Shown here: positions 38,457 to 49,310 of the stretch, one piece after another
How the letters are laid out: each line of letters begins with the position of its first letter
How positions within the stretch are numbered: the stretch's first letter is position 1
NCBI GenBank assembly: GCA_022825385.1
Contig: JAJDWX010000033.1
Span: 680 to 64,679, forward strand
DNA length: 64,000 bases
Direction of reading: 5' to 3'
DNA from: Rhodothermales bacterium
GTDB lineage: Bacteria; Bacteroidota; Rhodothermia; Rhodothermales; VXPQ01
Made by a program: the position numbers and the translations under genes
Notes under the pieces: generated by a model
What the model was told of the DNA's origin: nothing
Seen by the model: the letters and a program-made list of their open reading frames with translations, nothing else
Databases searched by the model: none

Positions 38457-39572
38457 TCAATTTTTGTGCAGGGGGGGGCGTTTAACGACGGCGCGCGCGG
38501 CGCGGGACCGTATCGCGATATCCAGCGAGGCGCCCGGCGCGGCGCTGGACGGATCCGCAGGCACATACCCCAGGCCGACGCCGCGCCCAAGCAAGGGAGA
38601 CTGGGCGCCGCTGGTCACCACGCCCTCGCCTGCCGGCGTAGAGATGGCGTAGCCGCTTCGGGGCACGGCGCCCGGCTCCTCGACGACAAACGCGACCAGT
38701 TTGCGGGAAAGCCCTTCTCCGCGGGCGCGTTCCAGCGCGGATTTCCCGATGAAATCGTCCTTTTCCATCCGTACGAACCGGCCCAGCCCGGCCTCGAAGG
38801 GGTGGGTTTCTTCGGTAATGTCGTTTCCGTACAAACAGAACCCGGCTTCCATGCGCAGGGTGTCCCGAGCGCCGAGGCCCGCCGGTTGCAGTCCCTCGTC
38901 CGCCCCGGCTTCGAGCAGCGCGTCCCAGACAGACCCCGCTGCGTCCGCATCGCAATAGATTTCAACGCCCGCCTCGCCCGTATACCCCGTCGCGGAAACG
39001 ATAGCAAAAGCCGACCCGCCCAGAAACCCGCCGGAAATACGCCGGAAACGAAAGGGTTTCAGCCCGGCGGCGTCTTCTCCTATGGCGGCTTCGGCGATCA
39101 TCCGGGCCCGCGGACCCTGGAGCGCGACGAGTGCGATGCGGTCGGACATGTCCTCGATAACCGCCTTCGCCGGATTATTCCGAATCATCCACAGGAAATC
39201 CTTGCTGCGGTTCGCCGCGTTGATCACCAGCAGGTATTCGTCCTCGGCAAGGCGGTATACGATCAGATCGTCCACAATGCCGCCGTTTTCCAGGCACATG
39301 CAGGCATAGACCGCCTGGCCGGGCTGCATCGACGCCGCGTCGTTGGTAATCAGGTAGTCTACGCACTCGGCGGCGTGCGGGCCGCGCACGAGGACTTCGC
39401 CCATGTGGCTTACGTCGAAAAGGCCCGCCGCCCGCCGCGTCGCCCGATGTTCTTCAAGGGTGCCGGCAGGATAGCGCAGCGGCATTGCATAGCCTGCGAA
39501 CGGCGTCATGCGCCCGCCAAGCGCAACGTGCCGGTCATAAAGCGGCGTTTTCTGAAGCGATGCGTTTTCCAT
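38457..39572 (-). CDS. gcvT: glycine cleavage system aminomethyltransferase T
   Basis: TPLYDRHVALGGRMTPFAGYAMPLRY and GLFDVSHMGE. ATG 39572 (track start 39581 is GTG). Confidence 0.93.
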   Translation of the reverse strand: MENASLQKTPLYDRHVALGGRMTPFAGYAMPLRYPAGTLEEHRATRRAAGLFDVSHMGEVLVRGPHAAECVDYLITNDAASMQPGQAVYACMCLENGGIVDDLIVYRLAEDEYLLVINAANRSKDFLWMIRNNPAKAVIEDMSDRIALVALQGPRARMIAEAAIGEDAAGLKPFRFRRISGGFLGGSAFAIVSATGYTGEAGVEIYCDADAAGSVWDALLEAGADEGLQPAGLGARDTLRMEAGFCLYGNDITEETHPFEAGLGRFVRMEKDDFIGKSALERARGEGLSRKLVAFVVEEPGAVPRSGYAISTPAGEGVVTSGAQSPLLGRGVGLGYVPADPSSAAPGASLDIAIRSRAARAVVKRPPLHKN

Positions 39573-39594
39573 GACGCGCACAGGCAGGCTCGAA

Positions 39595-40698
39595 TTACAA
39601 ACGCCAGGCCGTATACCCGGCGCGGTTCAGGGTTTGGGCGGCCGCCGTCGCCGTATCGTCTTCTGCGAAACCCATGCGAAAAGCGCCGCCGGTTCCTTCG
39701 CGGATCTTGAGAAGTTCAATATCCTTGATATTCAGGGACGCTTCGTACAGAATCTTCGTAATCGAAAACAGCTCGCCCGGATCGTCTTTCGCATAGACGT
39801 ACACGTCCGCAAGCGGTTGCAGGAACCCCTTCGTGTTGCGCGGAATCGTTTCCCGGGCGGATCGGGCGTCCCGGAACCGGTCTTGCAACGTATTCATGTC
39901 GCCGCCGGCGATTTCCGCCCGAACGAGGTCCATGCGCGCGGCGAACGAATCAAGCGCTTCCAGAATGCGGGCGTCGTTCGTCGCCAGAATATCGCTCCAT
40001 ACGTCGAACGGGGAGGAAGCGATGCGGGTCATGTCCCTGAAGCCCCCGGCGGCCAGCTGAAGAAACGCCTCGTCGCATCCGTTTTCTTCGGCCACATGGT
40101 TCATCAGCGCGACGGCAAGCAACTGCGGCAGGTGGCTGACGAGCGCCGCGATACGGTCGTGGCGGGCAGGGGAGAGCATGAGCGCGCGCGCGCCCGTCGC
40201 CTCAATCAGGTCCAGAAACGCGGCCTGCTCCCGTTTCAGGGCCCGAACATCCATCGCGTCCGGGGGGCAAAGCGCCCACGCCGCATTTTCGAACAGCAGC
40301 GCATCGGCCTGGTCGATCCCCCGACGTTCGGAACCCGCCATGGGGTGTCCGCCCACGAACAGCACATGCGACGGCAAGACTTGCGCGGCGCGGGCGGCGA
40401 CAAGGCCTTTTACGGAACCCGTATCCGTAACCACGGCGGCGGGCGGGACATGCGGCGCAATCTGCTCCAGCAATTGCAATACAGACGCTACCGGAGTAGC
40501 CAGCACGACGACCTGGGCGCCGGAAACAGCCTCCTCGACCGAAGACGCCGCCTCGTCGAGCGCGCCCAGGGCAAGCGCTTTGTCCAGGGTGGCCGGTTCG
40601 TCAAAGCCGACAATCCGAACGTCTGGCGCCTGCTTTTTCCATACGAGGCCAAGGGATCCGCCGATCAGGCCGACGCCAATGATGGCAACGCGTTGCAT
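39595..40698 (-). CDS. tyrA: prephenate dehydrogenase with C-terminal ACT domain
   Basis: MQRVAIIGVGLIGGSLG Rossmann motif and the HPMAGSE motif. ACT-like C-terminus. Confidence 0.85.
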   Translation of the reverse strand: MQRVAIIGVGLIGGSLGLVWKKQAPDVRIVGFDEPATLDKALALGALDEAASSVEEAVSGAQVVVLATPVASVLQLLEQIAPHVPPAAVVTDTGSVKGLVAARAAQVLPSHVLFVGGHPMAGSERRGIDQADALLFENAAWALCPPDAMDVRALKREQAAFLDLIEATGARALMLSPARHDRIAALVSHLPQLLAVALMNHVAEENGCDEAFLQLAAGGFRDMTRIASSPFDVWSDILATNDARILEALDSFAARMDLVRAEIAGGDMNTLQDRFRDARSARETIPRNTKGFLQPLADVYVYAKDDPGELFSITKILYEASLNIKDIELLKIREGTGGAFRMGFAEDDTATAAAQTLNRAGYTAWRL

Positions 40699-40744
40699 AG
40701 AAAACGACGAAATCGGTGGGCGCTCGCAAGAGGGAGCGAAAAGG

Positions 40745-43342
40745 CTATTCCCTTGCTACCCTGGCCTGCTTCTCGTCAAGGCTCGAAGAGGCGACATTCT
40801 TGTGGTCTTCCCCGTCGTCCGGGGCGCTTTCTTTCGCTTTTTCGGCCTTCGACGTTTTGCTTTTCCGAACGCTGAACGAAAGCGTTGCGGCGTCCCCCTT
40901 GCCTCGCACCGACACGCGGATGATATCGCCTTCGCCCAGGTTTTCGCCAAGGATATGATCGGCAAGCGGGTCCTCGATGTATTTCTGGATCGCGCGCCGC
41001 AGGGGACGGGCGCCGTACTTCATATCGAACCCTTTTCGAACGAGAAATTCCTTGACCGGCTTTCTGATTTCCACGGCAATGCCCAGTTTGCCGATGCGTT
41101 CGAGCAACTCCGCAGCCATGATGTCGATAATGCGGAATACATGCTCTTTCTCCAGCGAATGGAACACGATCACATCGTCCACCCGGTTCAGAAACTCGGG
41201 GTTGAACACGCGCTTGAGCGCCTCTTCCACCGTGTTCTTCATGGTTCGGTAACTGAACGACTCCTCCGATTGGGCGAAACCGATCCCCTTGCCGATGTTC
41301 TTGATGTCCCGGGCGCCGATGTTCGACGTCATAATGATAATCGTATTCCGAAAATCGACCCGGCGGCCCAGTCCGTCCGTGAGGACGCCGTCGTCAAGCA
41401 CCTGCAGCAAAATGTTGAGCACGTCCTGGTGCGCTTTTTCGATTTCGTCGAGCAGAACCACGGAATACGGCTTGCGGCGCACCTTCTCGGTCAATTGCCC
41501 GCCTTCTTCGTAGCCCACGTATCCGGGGGGCGCGCCAACCAGTCGGCTCACGGCGAATTTTTCCATGTATTCGGACATGTCGATCCGAATCAGCGCATCG
41601 TCCGAGTCGAAAAGGTATTGCGTAAGCACCTTGGCCAGTTCGGTCTTGCCTACGCCCGTCGGCCCAAGAAAAATGAAGGAGCCGATAGGCCGTCCGGGGT
41701 CCTTGAGGCCGGCCCGGGTCCGGCGAATGGCGCTCGATAGTTTCCGAATCGCCTCGTCCTGCCCGATGACGCGCTTCGTCAGCGCCTCGTCCATCCCGAT
41801 CAGTTTCTTCTGCTCGGGGCGAGAAATTTTATCGACCGGAATGCCCGTCATCATGGCGACGACCTCGGAAATGTTTTCCGCCGTCACGTCGTAGACGTCC
41901 CCGCCGGTCTTGCGCTCCCAGTCCTGCTTGGCTTGCTCCAGCTCGGTATTGATCTTCTTTTCCTTGTCGCGCAGCCGCGCCGCCTCTTCGAAGCGCTGGC
42001 TCTTGACCACGCTGTTCTTTTTCTTGCGGACGATTTCGATCTCTTCTTCGAGTCGAACGATATCTTCCGGCACGCGGATATTCGCAAGATGGACGCGGGC
42101 GCCGGCTTCGTCCATTACGTCGATCGCCTTGTCCGGCAGAAAACGATCCGTGATGTAGCGGTCGCTGAGGCGCACCGCAAGCAGGAGGGCTTCGTCGGAG
42201 TACCGGACGCGGTGATGCTCCTCGTAGCGCCCCTTGATGTTGCGAAGAATTTCAGCCGTCTCGTCTACGGTGGAGGGGTCTACGATAATTTTCTGAAATC
42301 GGCGATCCAGCGCCCCGTCCTTCTCTATATATTGCCGGTATTCGTCCAGGGTCGTCGCGCCGATGCATTGAATTTCGCCCCGGGCAAGCGCCGGTTTGAA
42401 CATATTCGAGGCGTCCAGGCTGCCGGAAGCCCCGCCCGCGCCAACGATGGTGTGCAATTCGTCGATGAAAAGAATGACTTCCGGGTTTTTTTCGAGTTCG
42501 TTCATCACCGCCTTCATCCGCTCCTCGAACTGCCCGCGGTATTTGGTGCCGGCGACAAGCGCCGCCAGATCCAGCGTCACGATCCGTTTGTTGTGGAGCA
42601 CGCGGCTCACCTTGCGCTGCACGATGCGTATGGCCAGCCCTTCGGCGATGGCCGTCTTGCCCACGCCCGGCTCGCCAATCAGCACGGGGTTGTTTTTCTT
42701 GCGGCGGCTGAGCACCTGGGCGACCCGCTCGATTTCCTGCTCCCGGCCCACGATCGGGTCCAGCCGGGATTCGTCGGCCAGCCGCGTCAGGTCCCTGCCG
42801 AAGTTGTCCAGCACCGGCGTCTTGCTTTTTTCCACCTTGCGGCGCTCCTTGCCGTGTCCTTCGGGAGGCGGGGCTTCCAGACCGCCGCCGGTCGCCGGTA
42901 CTTTCCCCCCGATAATCGCATCCAGTTCGGCCCGCACCGCATCGTACGTGATCGAGAAGCCCTGTTGCAAAATGCGGGCCGCCACGTTTTCCTCGTCGCG
43001 CAGCAGGCTAAGCAGGAGATGCTCCGTGCCGATGATGTCGCTCTTGTATATTTTCGCCTCCAGATAGGTAATCTTGAGGACTTTTTCGGCTTGCTTGGTA
43101 AACAGGATGTTGCCTACCTCGACCGCCCGGCCCGTACCGCGGACCGTCTCTTCGACCGCCTTTCTGAGCTTGAGCAAATCGCAGCCGAGGCTGCGGAGAA
43201 TCCTGACGGCTATGCCCTCGCCCTCGCAGATAATCCCCAGAAGCAAGTGCTCCGTACCGATGTAATCGTGACGCAGACGTATCGCCTCTTCCCGGCTGTC
43301 CCGGATAACATCTCTGACGCGATTGGAAAAATTGCCGTCCAT
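40745..43342 (-). CDS. clpC: ATP-dependent Clp protease ATP-binding subunit ClpC
   Basis: Start moved to ATG 43342. Two Clp_N repeats ([10 protein letters not shown] / [10 protein letters not shown]), Walker A GEPGVGKT and GPTGVGKT. 865 aa. Confidence 0.93.
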   Translation of the reverse strand: MDGNFSNRVRDVIRDSREEAIRLRHDYIGTEHLLLGIICEGEGIAVRILRSLGCDLLKLRKAVEETVRGTGRAVEVGNILFTKQAEKVLKITYLEAKIYKSDIIGTEHLLLSLLRDEENVAARILQQGFSITYDAVRAELDAIIGGKVPATGGGLEAPPPEGHGKERRKVEKSKTPVLDNFGRDLTRLADESRLDPIVGREQEIERVAQVLSRRKKNNPVLIGEPGVGKTAIAEGLAIRIVQRKVSRVLHNKRIVTLDLAALVAGTKYRGQFEERMKAVMNELEKNPEVILFIDELHTIVGAGGASGSLDASNMFKPALARGEIQCIGATTLDEYRQYIEKDGALDRRFQKIIVDPSTVDETAEILRNIKGRYEEHHRVRYSDEALLLAVRLSDRYITDRFLPDKAIDVMDEAGARVHLANIRVPEDIVRLEEEIEIVRKKKNSVVKSQRFEEAARLRDKEKKINTELEQAKQDWERKTGGDVYDVTAENISEVVAMMTGIPVDKISRPEQKKLIGMDEALTKRVIGQDEAIRKLSSAIRRTRAGLKDPGRPIGSFIFLGPTGVGKTELAKVLTQYLFDSDDALIRIDMSEYMEKFAVSRLVGAPPGYVGYEEGGQLTEKVRRKPYSVVLLDEIEKAHQDVLNILLQVLDDGVLTDGLGRRVDFRNTIIIMTSNIGARDIKNIGKGIGFAQSEESFSYRTMKNTVEEALKRVFNPEFLNRVDDVIVFHSLEKEHVFRIIDIMAAELLERIGKLGIAVEIRKPVKEFLVRKGFDMKYGARPLRRAIQKYIEDPLADHILGENLGEGDIIRVSVRGKGDAATLSFSVRKSKTSKAEKAKESAPDDGEDHKNVASSSLDEKQARVARE

Positions 43343-43358
43343 AGGATAAAAAGCAAGG

Positions 43359-43736
43359 CTATGCAGCAAAGCTGGACCCGCACCCGCACGTCTGCGTCGC
43401 ATTCGGGTTCTCGAAAGTGAAGCCGCGCGCGTTCAGGCCGTCATGGTAATCCACCGTTACCCCCATAAGATACAATCCATGGCGCTTGTCCATGTATACC
43501 GTAACGCCGTCTACGTCGAACGTCGTGTCGTGTTCGCGCATTTTGTCGAATCCGAGGATGTAGCTCATGCCCGAACAACCGCCTCCCCGAACGCCCACGC
43601 GGAGGTTGAATCCTTCGGGGATGTCCCGGGTGGACATGATTTTGCGAATTTCCCTCGCGGCGCGGTCGCTGAGCGCGATGGGCGCAGCGGGCGCAGGCCG
43701 CGTCCCGGTTTGAATGGCAATCTCGTCGGCGGGCAT
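43359..43736 (-). CDS. iron-sulfur cluster insertion protein (IscA/ErpA/HesB family)
   Basis: 125 aa from ATG 43736. Motifs LRVGVRGGGCSGMSY and the C-terminal CGCGSSF. The track's 348-aa version is an upstream read-through. Confidence 0.9.
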   Translation of the reverse strand: MPADEIAIQTGTRPAPAAPIALSDRAAREIRKIMSTRDIPEGFNLRVGVRGGGCSGMSYILGFDKMREHDTTFDVDGVTVYMDKRHGLYLMGVTVDYHDGLNARGFTFENPNATQTCGCGSSFAA

Positions 43737-43825
43737 GGTCCGAAAGTGTTTTACGTACTGGGATGCAAGAGCGGGGACCTGTAAAATGAACGACGGCCTG
43801 CGAGCGCGGTTCCGCAGGCGAGGCG

Positions 43826-45538
43826 TCAATAGCGGCGCGCAAGCGCGAGGGGGGCCTTGAATGCCTCCATAACCTGGTCCCGGGCGTCCCAGGCCTCGAC
43901 TAAAACAATGTATACGCCGGTTTGCAGGCGCCGATCCGCATGGTCCCGACCGTCCCACAACAATTCGACCGATTCCGCGACAAGGCGGGACCCGACCAGT
44001 TCCCGCACTTCGTTCCCGGCCAGGTCGAACACCCGCGCGCGGACCCGCGAAACGCCGGAAGAAAAAACGCACCGGATGCGGGCGATATCGTCTACGCCGT
44101 CCCGATCCGGGGAAAACGGATTCGGGGATATCTGAATGCCTTGCCCGGCGGGGGAGGGCGCGGCGGCGATGCGCGCCGAGTTGGGACGCCCGGGCGTTCC
44201 GCCTTCGGGCGCCGCCGAACTGGTCCAGTTTTGCGGATCGTTCCCGTTCGCGTCCGGGTCGATCCGCTCCAGCGTAACGCCTCGGGTTTCCAGAACGTCC
44301 GGATGATGCCACGAAGGGTCGTACCGTATGTCGTCCAGCGTTTCGTCGTCTTCCCCGTGTATGCGGATGCGATCCCCGTCGTTGCGCAGGCCAAGCCCCT
44401 TCCATGTGGCTACGACGGCGCTTTCATGCTCCATGGGCGCGGCGGCGAAGAGCGCGTATCCGTCGGGATCCAGCCCCAGAAAGCGATCTGCCGTGCGGAC
44501 CGTGTCGGCGTCGCCGGATTCGTCCGGGTCGCGCGTCCGGTACAGGCCGTCGAGATACACCCGCCGACCGGACCGATTGGCCAATTCGATAAATTCCGTC
44601 TGGTTCGGCAGGCCGTCGTACGCGTCGGAAAGCGGTTCGTACAGGATCTCGTTCACTACGAGGTCCCGCGCTTCGGGACGATAGTATATCGGCACCGCCA
44701 AGGGTTCCGAAGCGTTGCCGCGCAAATCGGATACCGCCCCGATGCGCACGGCGGCGCCCGTTACGACCTGCGGAAACCATGCCTTTAGCGCATCCGGGCC
44801 AAGCGGCTCAACGCGTTCTGCCGCAAGGGTTTCCAACCGAATCGAGGCGGGAGAAATGGCCGCGCTCTGGACCGGCTCGCTGAAATGCAGGGTCAGTTCG
44901 TTATCGCCAACCGCCTTGACAAAAATCAGCGACGGGGCGGTCGCGTCGGGAGCGTACTGGCTGTTTTGGGCGCCCGGCGTCGCGCCAAGCGTGTCTGTGG
45001 ACAGCGCAAAGTTGTACGCATCCGACGGGGCCGCCGGATCGATGCGCTCCAGAGACCGGCCTTCTTCCACCGCGCTCCCCGGATAAAAAAGCGAATCGAG
45101 CACTATGCCGCCGGATTCGAGCACGATGGCGTCGCCCCCGTTATTCAGCGAGGCCCAGCGGCTCGGCTGGCTGTACGGGACCCCGCCGAAACGATTGGAA
45201 AAGGCTGCGCCGTCCGCCACGATCACCCGGTAGGCCCCCGGAGGAAGCGGCAACGCCTCCTCGGCAAGGCGAAGCGGCGCGGACGACGCATCCCGAATCG
45301 TCAAGTCCCGAAGGTCGAACGTGACCGCGCTGCGGTTAAAGAGCTCAATGAATTCCGATCCCGAAGCAAGCGGACGAGGGTACGCCTCGTTGATTACGAT
45401 ATCCCCCGCGGCGATCTTCCCGGACTGCAAGGACCGCGCAACGCCTGCCGCGCCGCGATAGGACTGGGCAAGGACGGGCGACGGGCACAGGCCTGCCGCC
45501 AGCAGGAGGGAAACAACAACGAAGCAAGGGACGCGCAT
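43826..45538 (-). CDS. secreted protein with two lamin-tail-domain-like repeats and a C-terminal FlgD-Ig/T9SS-type sorting domain
   Basis: Signal peptide. INEAYP..GSEFIELFNRS and VNEILYEP..QTEFIELANRS (LTD-like). C-terminus ISPNPFSPDRDGVDD..VRARVFDLAGNEV..LLWDGRD..GVYIV. Confidence 0.65.
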   Translation of the reverse strand: MRVPCFVVVSLLLAAGLCPSPVLAQSYRGAAGVARSLQSGKIAAGDIVINEAYPRPLASGSEFIELFNRSAVTFDLRDLTIRDASSAPLRLAEEALPLPPGAYRVIVADGAAFSNRFGGVPYSQPSRWASLNNGGDAIVLESGGIVLDSLFYPGSAVEEGRSLERIDPAAPSDAYNFALSTDTLGATPGAQNSQYAPDATAPSLIFVKAVGDNELTLHFSEPVQSAAISPASIRLETLAAERVEPLGPDALKAWFPQVVTGAAVRIGAVSDLRGNASEPLAVPIYYRPEARDLVVNEILYEPLSDAYDGLPNQTEFIELANRSGRRVYLDGLYRTRDPDESGDADTVRTADRFLGLDPDGYALFAAAPMEHESAVVATWKGLGLRNDGDRIRIHGEDDETLDDIRYDPSWHHPDVLETRGVTLERIDPDANGNDPQNWTSSAAPEGGTPGRPNSARIAAAPSPAGQGIQISPNPFSPDRDGVDDIARIRCVFSSGVSRVRARVFDLAGNEVRELVGSRLVAESVELLWDGRDHADRRLQTGVYIVLVEAWDARDQVMEAFKAPLALARRY

Positions 45539-45621
45539 GGGACCGGAAAAAATGCAATGCTCCCCTTAAGACACATAGCCGGGGCGAATATAACCTTGCG
45601 GGGGAAATTTTTTTGCTTGGC

Positions 45622-45806
45622 CGGGAGGGCCTGCTTGGCGTGATAACCAAGCGTACCATCAAGACCGCCCTTGATGCGGAGATGACGCACCACCTGGGCT
45701 ATGCGATGCAACGGTTAGGTGTGAAAGCGGGTCGAGATCAAGGCGGGTGCGTTCGACCTGAAGGCACCCGGGGACCGCAACGGCGCCTTCGAAAAGAATA
45801 TTGACA
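45622..45806 (+). pseudogene. IS256-family transposase relic (two short pieces in different frames)
   Basis: GLLGVITKRTIKTALDAEMTHHLGY (frame of 45613). In another frame, from 45731, VEIKAGAFDLKAPGDRNGAFEKNID, cf. the IS256 pattern ..ALEAEM..HLGY.. and ..PRDRNG.FEP... About 60 codons of a ~400-aa protein remain. Confidence 0.6.
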
Positions 45807-45936
45807 ATAATGTCTTGAATGAATTATGTTTGTAGCAGGGGGTAGGGATATAGCCTTCTGTTTCGGCTCATCCCTGGGCCAGATCTGACATCGTAAACGT
45901 AATGTATGCCTGGATGTTTAAAGGGGGGGCAAGCCG

Positions 45937-48288
45937 ATGCGCCAAGGCCTCGTCGCCATAACCCTGCTTTCGTGCTTGCAGGTCGGCGTAGCCGCTGGCC
46001 AGTCCTGGACGATTAGCGGCTACGTGGAGGACGCTTCCAGTGGCGAGCGGCTTCAGCGCGTGGCCATTGGCGTTCCCGCCCTTTCTGTCGGGACGGTGAG
46101 CAACGCCTATGGTTTCTATAGCCTCACGGTCCGGGCGGATTCGGTTACGCTCCTTGTGTCGCATATCGGATACGAAGCAGCGTCGCACGCGCTTGTCTTG
46201 TCCGCCGACAGGACGCTGGACGTAGCCCTTGCGCCCCGCACGATAGAACTGGAGGAGATCCAAATAACGGGAGAGCAGGGGGCGTCTCTGAAACCGGGTT
46301 GGCATACAGCCTCGCTGGAGCAGATCAAGACGCTGCCTGCCATGCTGGGCGAGGTGGATATTCAGAAAACGCTTCAACTTTTGCCTGGCGTTCAGGGAGG
46401 CGTCGAGGGCAGCAGCGGCATGCATGTGCGCGGCGGCGGGCTGGGCCAGAACCTGATTCTGCTGGATGGCCTTCCCCTCTACAATCCCAATCATTTGTTC
46501 GGTTTTCTGAGTTCCTTCAATGCGAGCGCGATGAAGCATGTGGAGTTGATCAAGGGGGGCTTTCCCGCGCGGTACGGGGGTCGCATATCGTCGGTGTTGA
46601 ACCTTACGATGAAGGAAGGCAACCTGAAGGAGTTCGCCGGCGAGGCCTCTATAGGCATTTTGTCTTCGCAAGCGACGCTGGAAGGGCCGCTGAAAAAGGA
46701 TCGGGCCTCGTTCCTCGTGGCCGCCCGCAGGACGTACATGGAACCGCTGGTGGCGTTGGCGCGCCTGTTTCAGGAGCAGCCTCCCGTGGAGCGTACGCGG
46801 TATTTTTTTCATGACGCGAATCTGAAACTCAATTACATCCTTTCGAGGCGGGATCGGCTCTACGTAAGCGCGTATACCGGACAGGACGGCTGGCGCAGCG
46901 CGCAAGACTTCCCCAATGAACAGACTGCAAAAGATCGCATGGACTGGTTTGGGCATCTGGCGTCTTTTCGCTGGAACCGGGTGCTTGGCGCCCGCATGTT
47001 CGCCAATACGCTGATCGGGGTGACGAACTATCGTTTCCAGCAGCGCTTTAACGAAGTGGAAGAAATCACGACAGGGAAAGAGGATTTCGAAGATGTGTAC
47101 AACGGCAAGTACTATTCGTCCATTCGCGACGTAACCATAAAGACGGATATCGATTACGTGCCCAATCCAAGGCATTACGTACGCATTGGCCTGGAGGGGA
47201 CCTTGCACCGCTTTACGCCGGGCGCCGCGGAAGCGATTTTCGAGGCGCCTGGACAGGAACTGGTGGAAATAGCGCGCAAGCCGGTTGGAACCATCTCGTC
47301 GCAAGAGCTTGCCCTGTACGTCGAGAACGATCTGGAAATACCCGGCGTCGTTCGCCTGAATCCGGGCGTTCGTTTCTCGACATATTTCGTGGATGGGCGC
47401 AGCCATCGTTCTTTCGAGCCGCGCCTGGGCGCAAGCCGCAGTCTGTGGGGCGCAGCGACGTTGCATGCTTCGTACACGGAAATGCAGCAATATGTGCACT
47501 TGTTGCAAAGCCATGGTTTCGACGGGTTGTCGATGGATTTGTGGCTTCCTCTTGCGGCAGGCGCGCATCCCTTGCAGGCGCGTCAGGCAACGCTGGGCTT
47601 TACGTACGCCTGGTCTGTCGGCTACGACGTATCGCTCGACGCGTATCGCAAATGGATGAGGGGGCTTGTGCAGTACAAGGGAGGCGTTCCTCCCATAGAA
47701 TCGGCCTACACGGAATGGCCTGATTTGGTGGAAACGGGGGACGGCGCGTCGTACGGATTCGAGGTGCTGCTGCGCAAAACGCAGGGCCGCTTGACGGGTT
47801 GGGTGGCCTATACCTGGGCGCGTACGACAAGGCAATTCGAAAACCTGAACGGGGGCGAATCTTTTCCGGATCGGTTTGACCGGCGGCACGACATTGCGGT
47901 AGTCTTGCAGCATCATCTGACGCCAGGCATACGCATTTCGGCCAATTGGCTGTTCGGAAGCGGGTATGCCATCTGGTTGCCGAGCGCGCAATATCTCGTT
48001 GAAACTCCGTCGGAGACGTTTGGCAACTTTTTTACGTCAAGCGTGGTTCACTATGGCCCCCGAAATGCGTCTCGCCTTCCTGCGTATCATCGGCTTGACG
48101 TGTCGGCGCGTTTTAGCAAGCGCCGAGCATGGGGAGAGCAGGCGTTTTCCGTCGGCGCCTGGAATGCCTACAACAAAATGAACCCCTTTCAGCTGGAGAT
48201 AGACGCTCCCTATATCGAACCCGGCAAATTTCGTCGATTTACGCTATTTCCGTTGTTGCCAATCCTTTCGTACAATATAACGTTCTGA
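45937..48288 (+). CDS. TonB-dependent receptor with N-terminal carboxypeptidase-regulatory-like domain
   Basis: Signal peptide. ISGYVEDASSGERL..YGFYSL (CarbopepD_reg-like). Plug segment LPGVQGG..MHVRGGG..NLILLDGLPLYN. C-terminal beta-barrel ending in F. Confidence 0.88.
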   Translation: MRQGLVAITLLSCLQVGVAAGQSWTISGYVEDASSGERLQRVAIGVPALSVGTVSNAYGFYSLTVRADSVTLLVSHIGYEAASHALVLSADRTLDVALAPRTIELEEIQITGEQGASLKPGWHTASLEQIKTLPAMLGEVDIQKTLQLLPGVQGGVEGSSGMHVRGGGLGQNLILLDGLPLYNPNHLFGFLSSFNASAMKHVELIKGGFPARYGGRISSVLNLTMKEGNLKEFAGEASIGILSSQATLEGPLKKDRASFLVAARRTYMEPLVALARLFQEQPPVERTRYFFHDANLKLNYILSRRDRLYVSAYTGQDGWRSAQDFPNEQTAKDRMDWFGHLASFRWNRVLGARMFANTLIGVTNYRFQQRFNEVEEITTGKEDFEDVYNGKYYSSIRDVTIKTDIDYVPNPRHYVRIGLEGTLHRFTPGAAEAIFEAPGQELVEIARKPVGTISSQELALYVENDLEIPGVVRLNPGVRFSTYFVDGRSHRSFEPRLGASRSLWGAATLHASYTEMQQYVHLLQSHGFDGLSMDLWLPLAAGAHPLQARQATLGFTYAWSVGYDVSLDAYRKWMRGLVQYKGGVPPIESAYTEWPDLVETGDGASYGFEVLLRKTQGRLTGWVAYTWARTTRQFENLNGGESFPDRFDRRHDIAVVLQHHLTPGIRISANWLFGSGYAIWLPSAQYLVETPSETFGNFFTSSVVHYGPRNASRLPAYHRLDVSARFSKRRAWGEQAFSVGAWNAYNKMNPFQLEIDAPYIEPGKFRRFTLFPLLPILSYNITF

Positions 48289-48295
48289 GGCCGCT

Positions 48296-49297
48296 ATGCG
48301 ACGGATTGCTGGAATCATACTTATCTTGTTCGCGCTCGGCGCCTGCGAAAGCATCATTGACGTAGAAACGCCTTCCGACGGGCACAAGATCGTGGCGCAC
48401 AGTTTTTTTACCCCAGATAGCGTGTGGACGGTTAATGCTGACCTGAGTTTGCATACGAGCGGCCTCCCGGTTACGTTGTCGCATGCAGATCCCGGACAGA
48501 CGATCGTGGTCGTGTCGGATGATCGAGGGCACGCGGATATCCTTCAGTATTATCCTGTAAACATCGGAGCTGGATTAAACTATCGATCCGCACGGGGCCT
48601 GCGCCCGCGCCCCGGGGTAACGTATACGTTGCGGGTAGAAATGCCCGGCTTTATTTCCAGCGAAACGTCATCCCCCCCTGCGCCTGTAGAAGCTACGGCG
48701 CGACTTCCGGAACGGGTCGCCGTGCAAAATATTGCGTATTCAAACGACAAGGGAACCGCTTCGCTTCGTTTTTCCATAGAAGATCCGCCGGGAGTAAATT
48801 ACTATCGACTCGAGTTATTCCAGGTTGGCCCTGAAGATACCGGCGCTATCATTAACGATACATTGTATATTCCCCCGGCTGTAGAAGATGTTTTCAACTA
48901 TCGCCAAGTTGATTTTCGAAGTACAGATCCTTCCCTTCATTTTCATTATGGCGAGGTAGGAAATCTGGAACAGAAGGAAGAGATAAATTTTGATTTTTAT
49001 GGGCGCGCCGTTTTTTCGGATGATCTTTTCGATGGAACGTTGCACGATATCGAAATCGCCTTTGAACCGTATACCTATCCGGGCTTCGAGCCTCGTTTTG
49101 CGATTATTTTTTCTACGCTTTCCCATGAAATGTTTACGTATCTGCATACGCTGGATCGACATCAGAAATCAGCGCCTGCCTATTCTTCCGAAGTCTACCC
49201 GATTCCCGTATACACCAACATCAAGAACGGCTTCGGCGTATTCGGCGGGTACGTAACCGACACATACCGCTTTGACGAGAACGGCAACGAATGGTGA
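48296..49297 (+). CDS. DUF4249-like lipoprotein (usual partner of this receptor class)
   Basis: Lipobox ILFALGAC. 8 nt downstream of the receptor gene. Family call is from context and memory, not from a strong motif. Confidence 0.55.
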   Translation: MRRIAGIILILFALGACESIIDVETPSDGHKIVAHSFFTPDSVWTVNADLSLHTSGLPVTLSHADPGQTIVVVSDDRGHADILQYYPVNIGAGLNYRSARGLRPRPGVTYTLRVEMPGFISSETSSPPAPVEATARLPERVAVQNIAYSNDKGTASLRFSIEDPPGVNYYRLELFQVGPEDTGAIINDTLYIPPAVEDVFNYRQVDFRSTDPSLHFHYGEVGNLEQKEEINFDFYGRAVFSDDLFDGTLHDIEIAFEPYTYPGFEPRFAIIFSTLSHEMFTYLHTLDRHQKSAPAYSSEVYPIPVYTNIKNGFGVFGGYVTDTYRFDENGNEW

Positions 49298-49310
49298 GCA
49301 AGGCAGGCAA

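Noticed and set aside
39573-39594. Glycine riboswitch upstream of gcvT.
   Set aside because: Only 22 nt separate the tyrA stop from the gcvT start, which leaves no room for an aptamer.
43359-44405. N-terminally extended ORF-track models, for example iscA as 348 aa. Others are 1178, 14529, 15020, 16664, 33718, 61600 and 62340.
   Set aside because: The extensions overlap upstream genes or repeat elements and lack family similarity. Internal ATG/GTG starts give canonical protein lengths.
45868-47991. 707-aa minus-strand ORF opposite the TonB-dependent receptor.
   Set aside because: It is a shadow ORF. The plus-strand frame carries a signal peptide, plug and barrel motifs.
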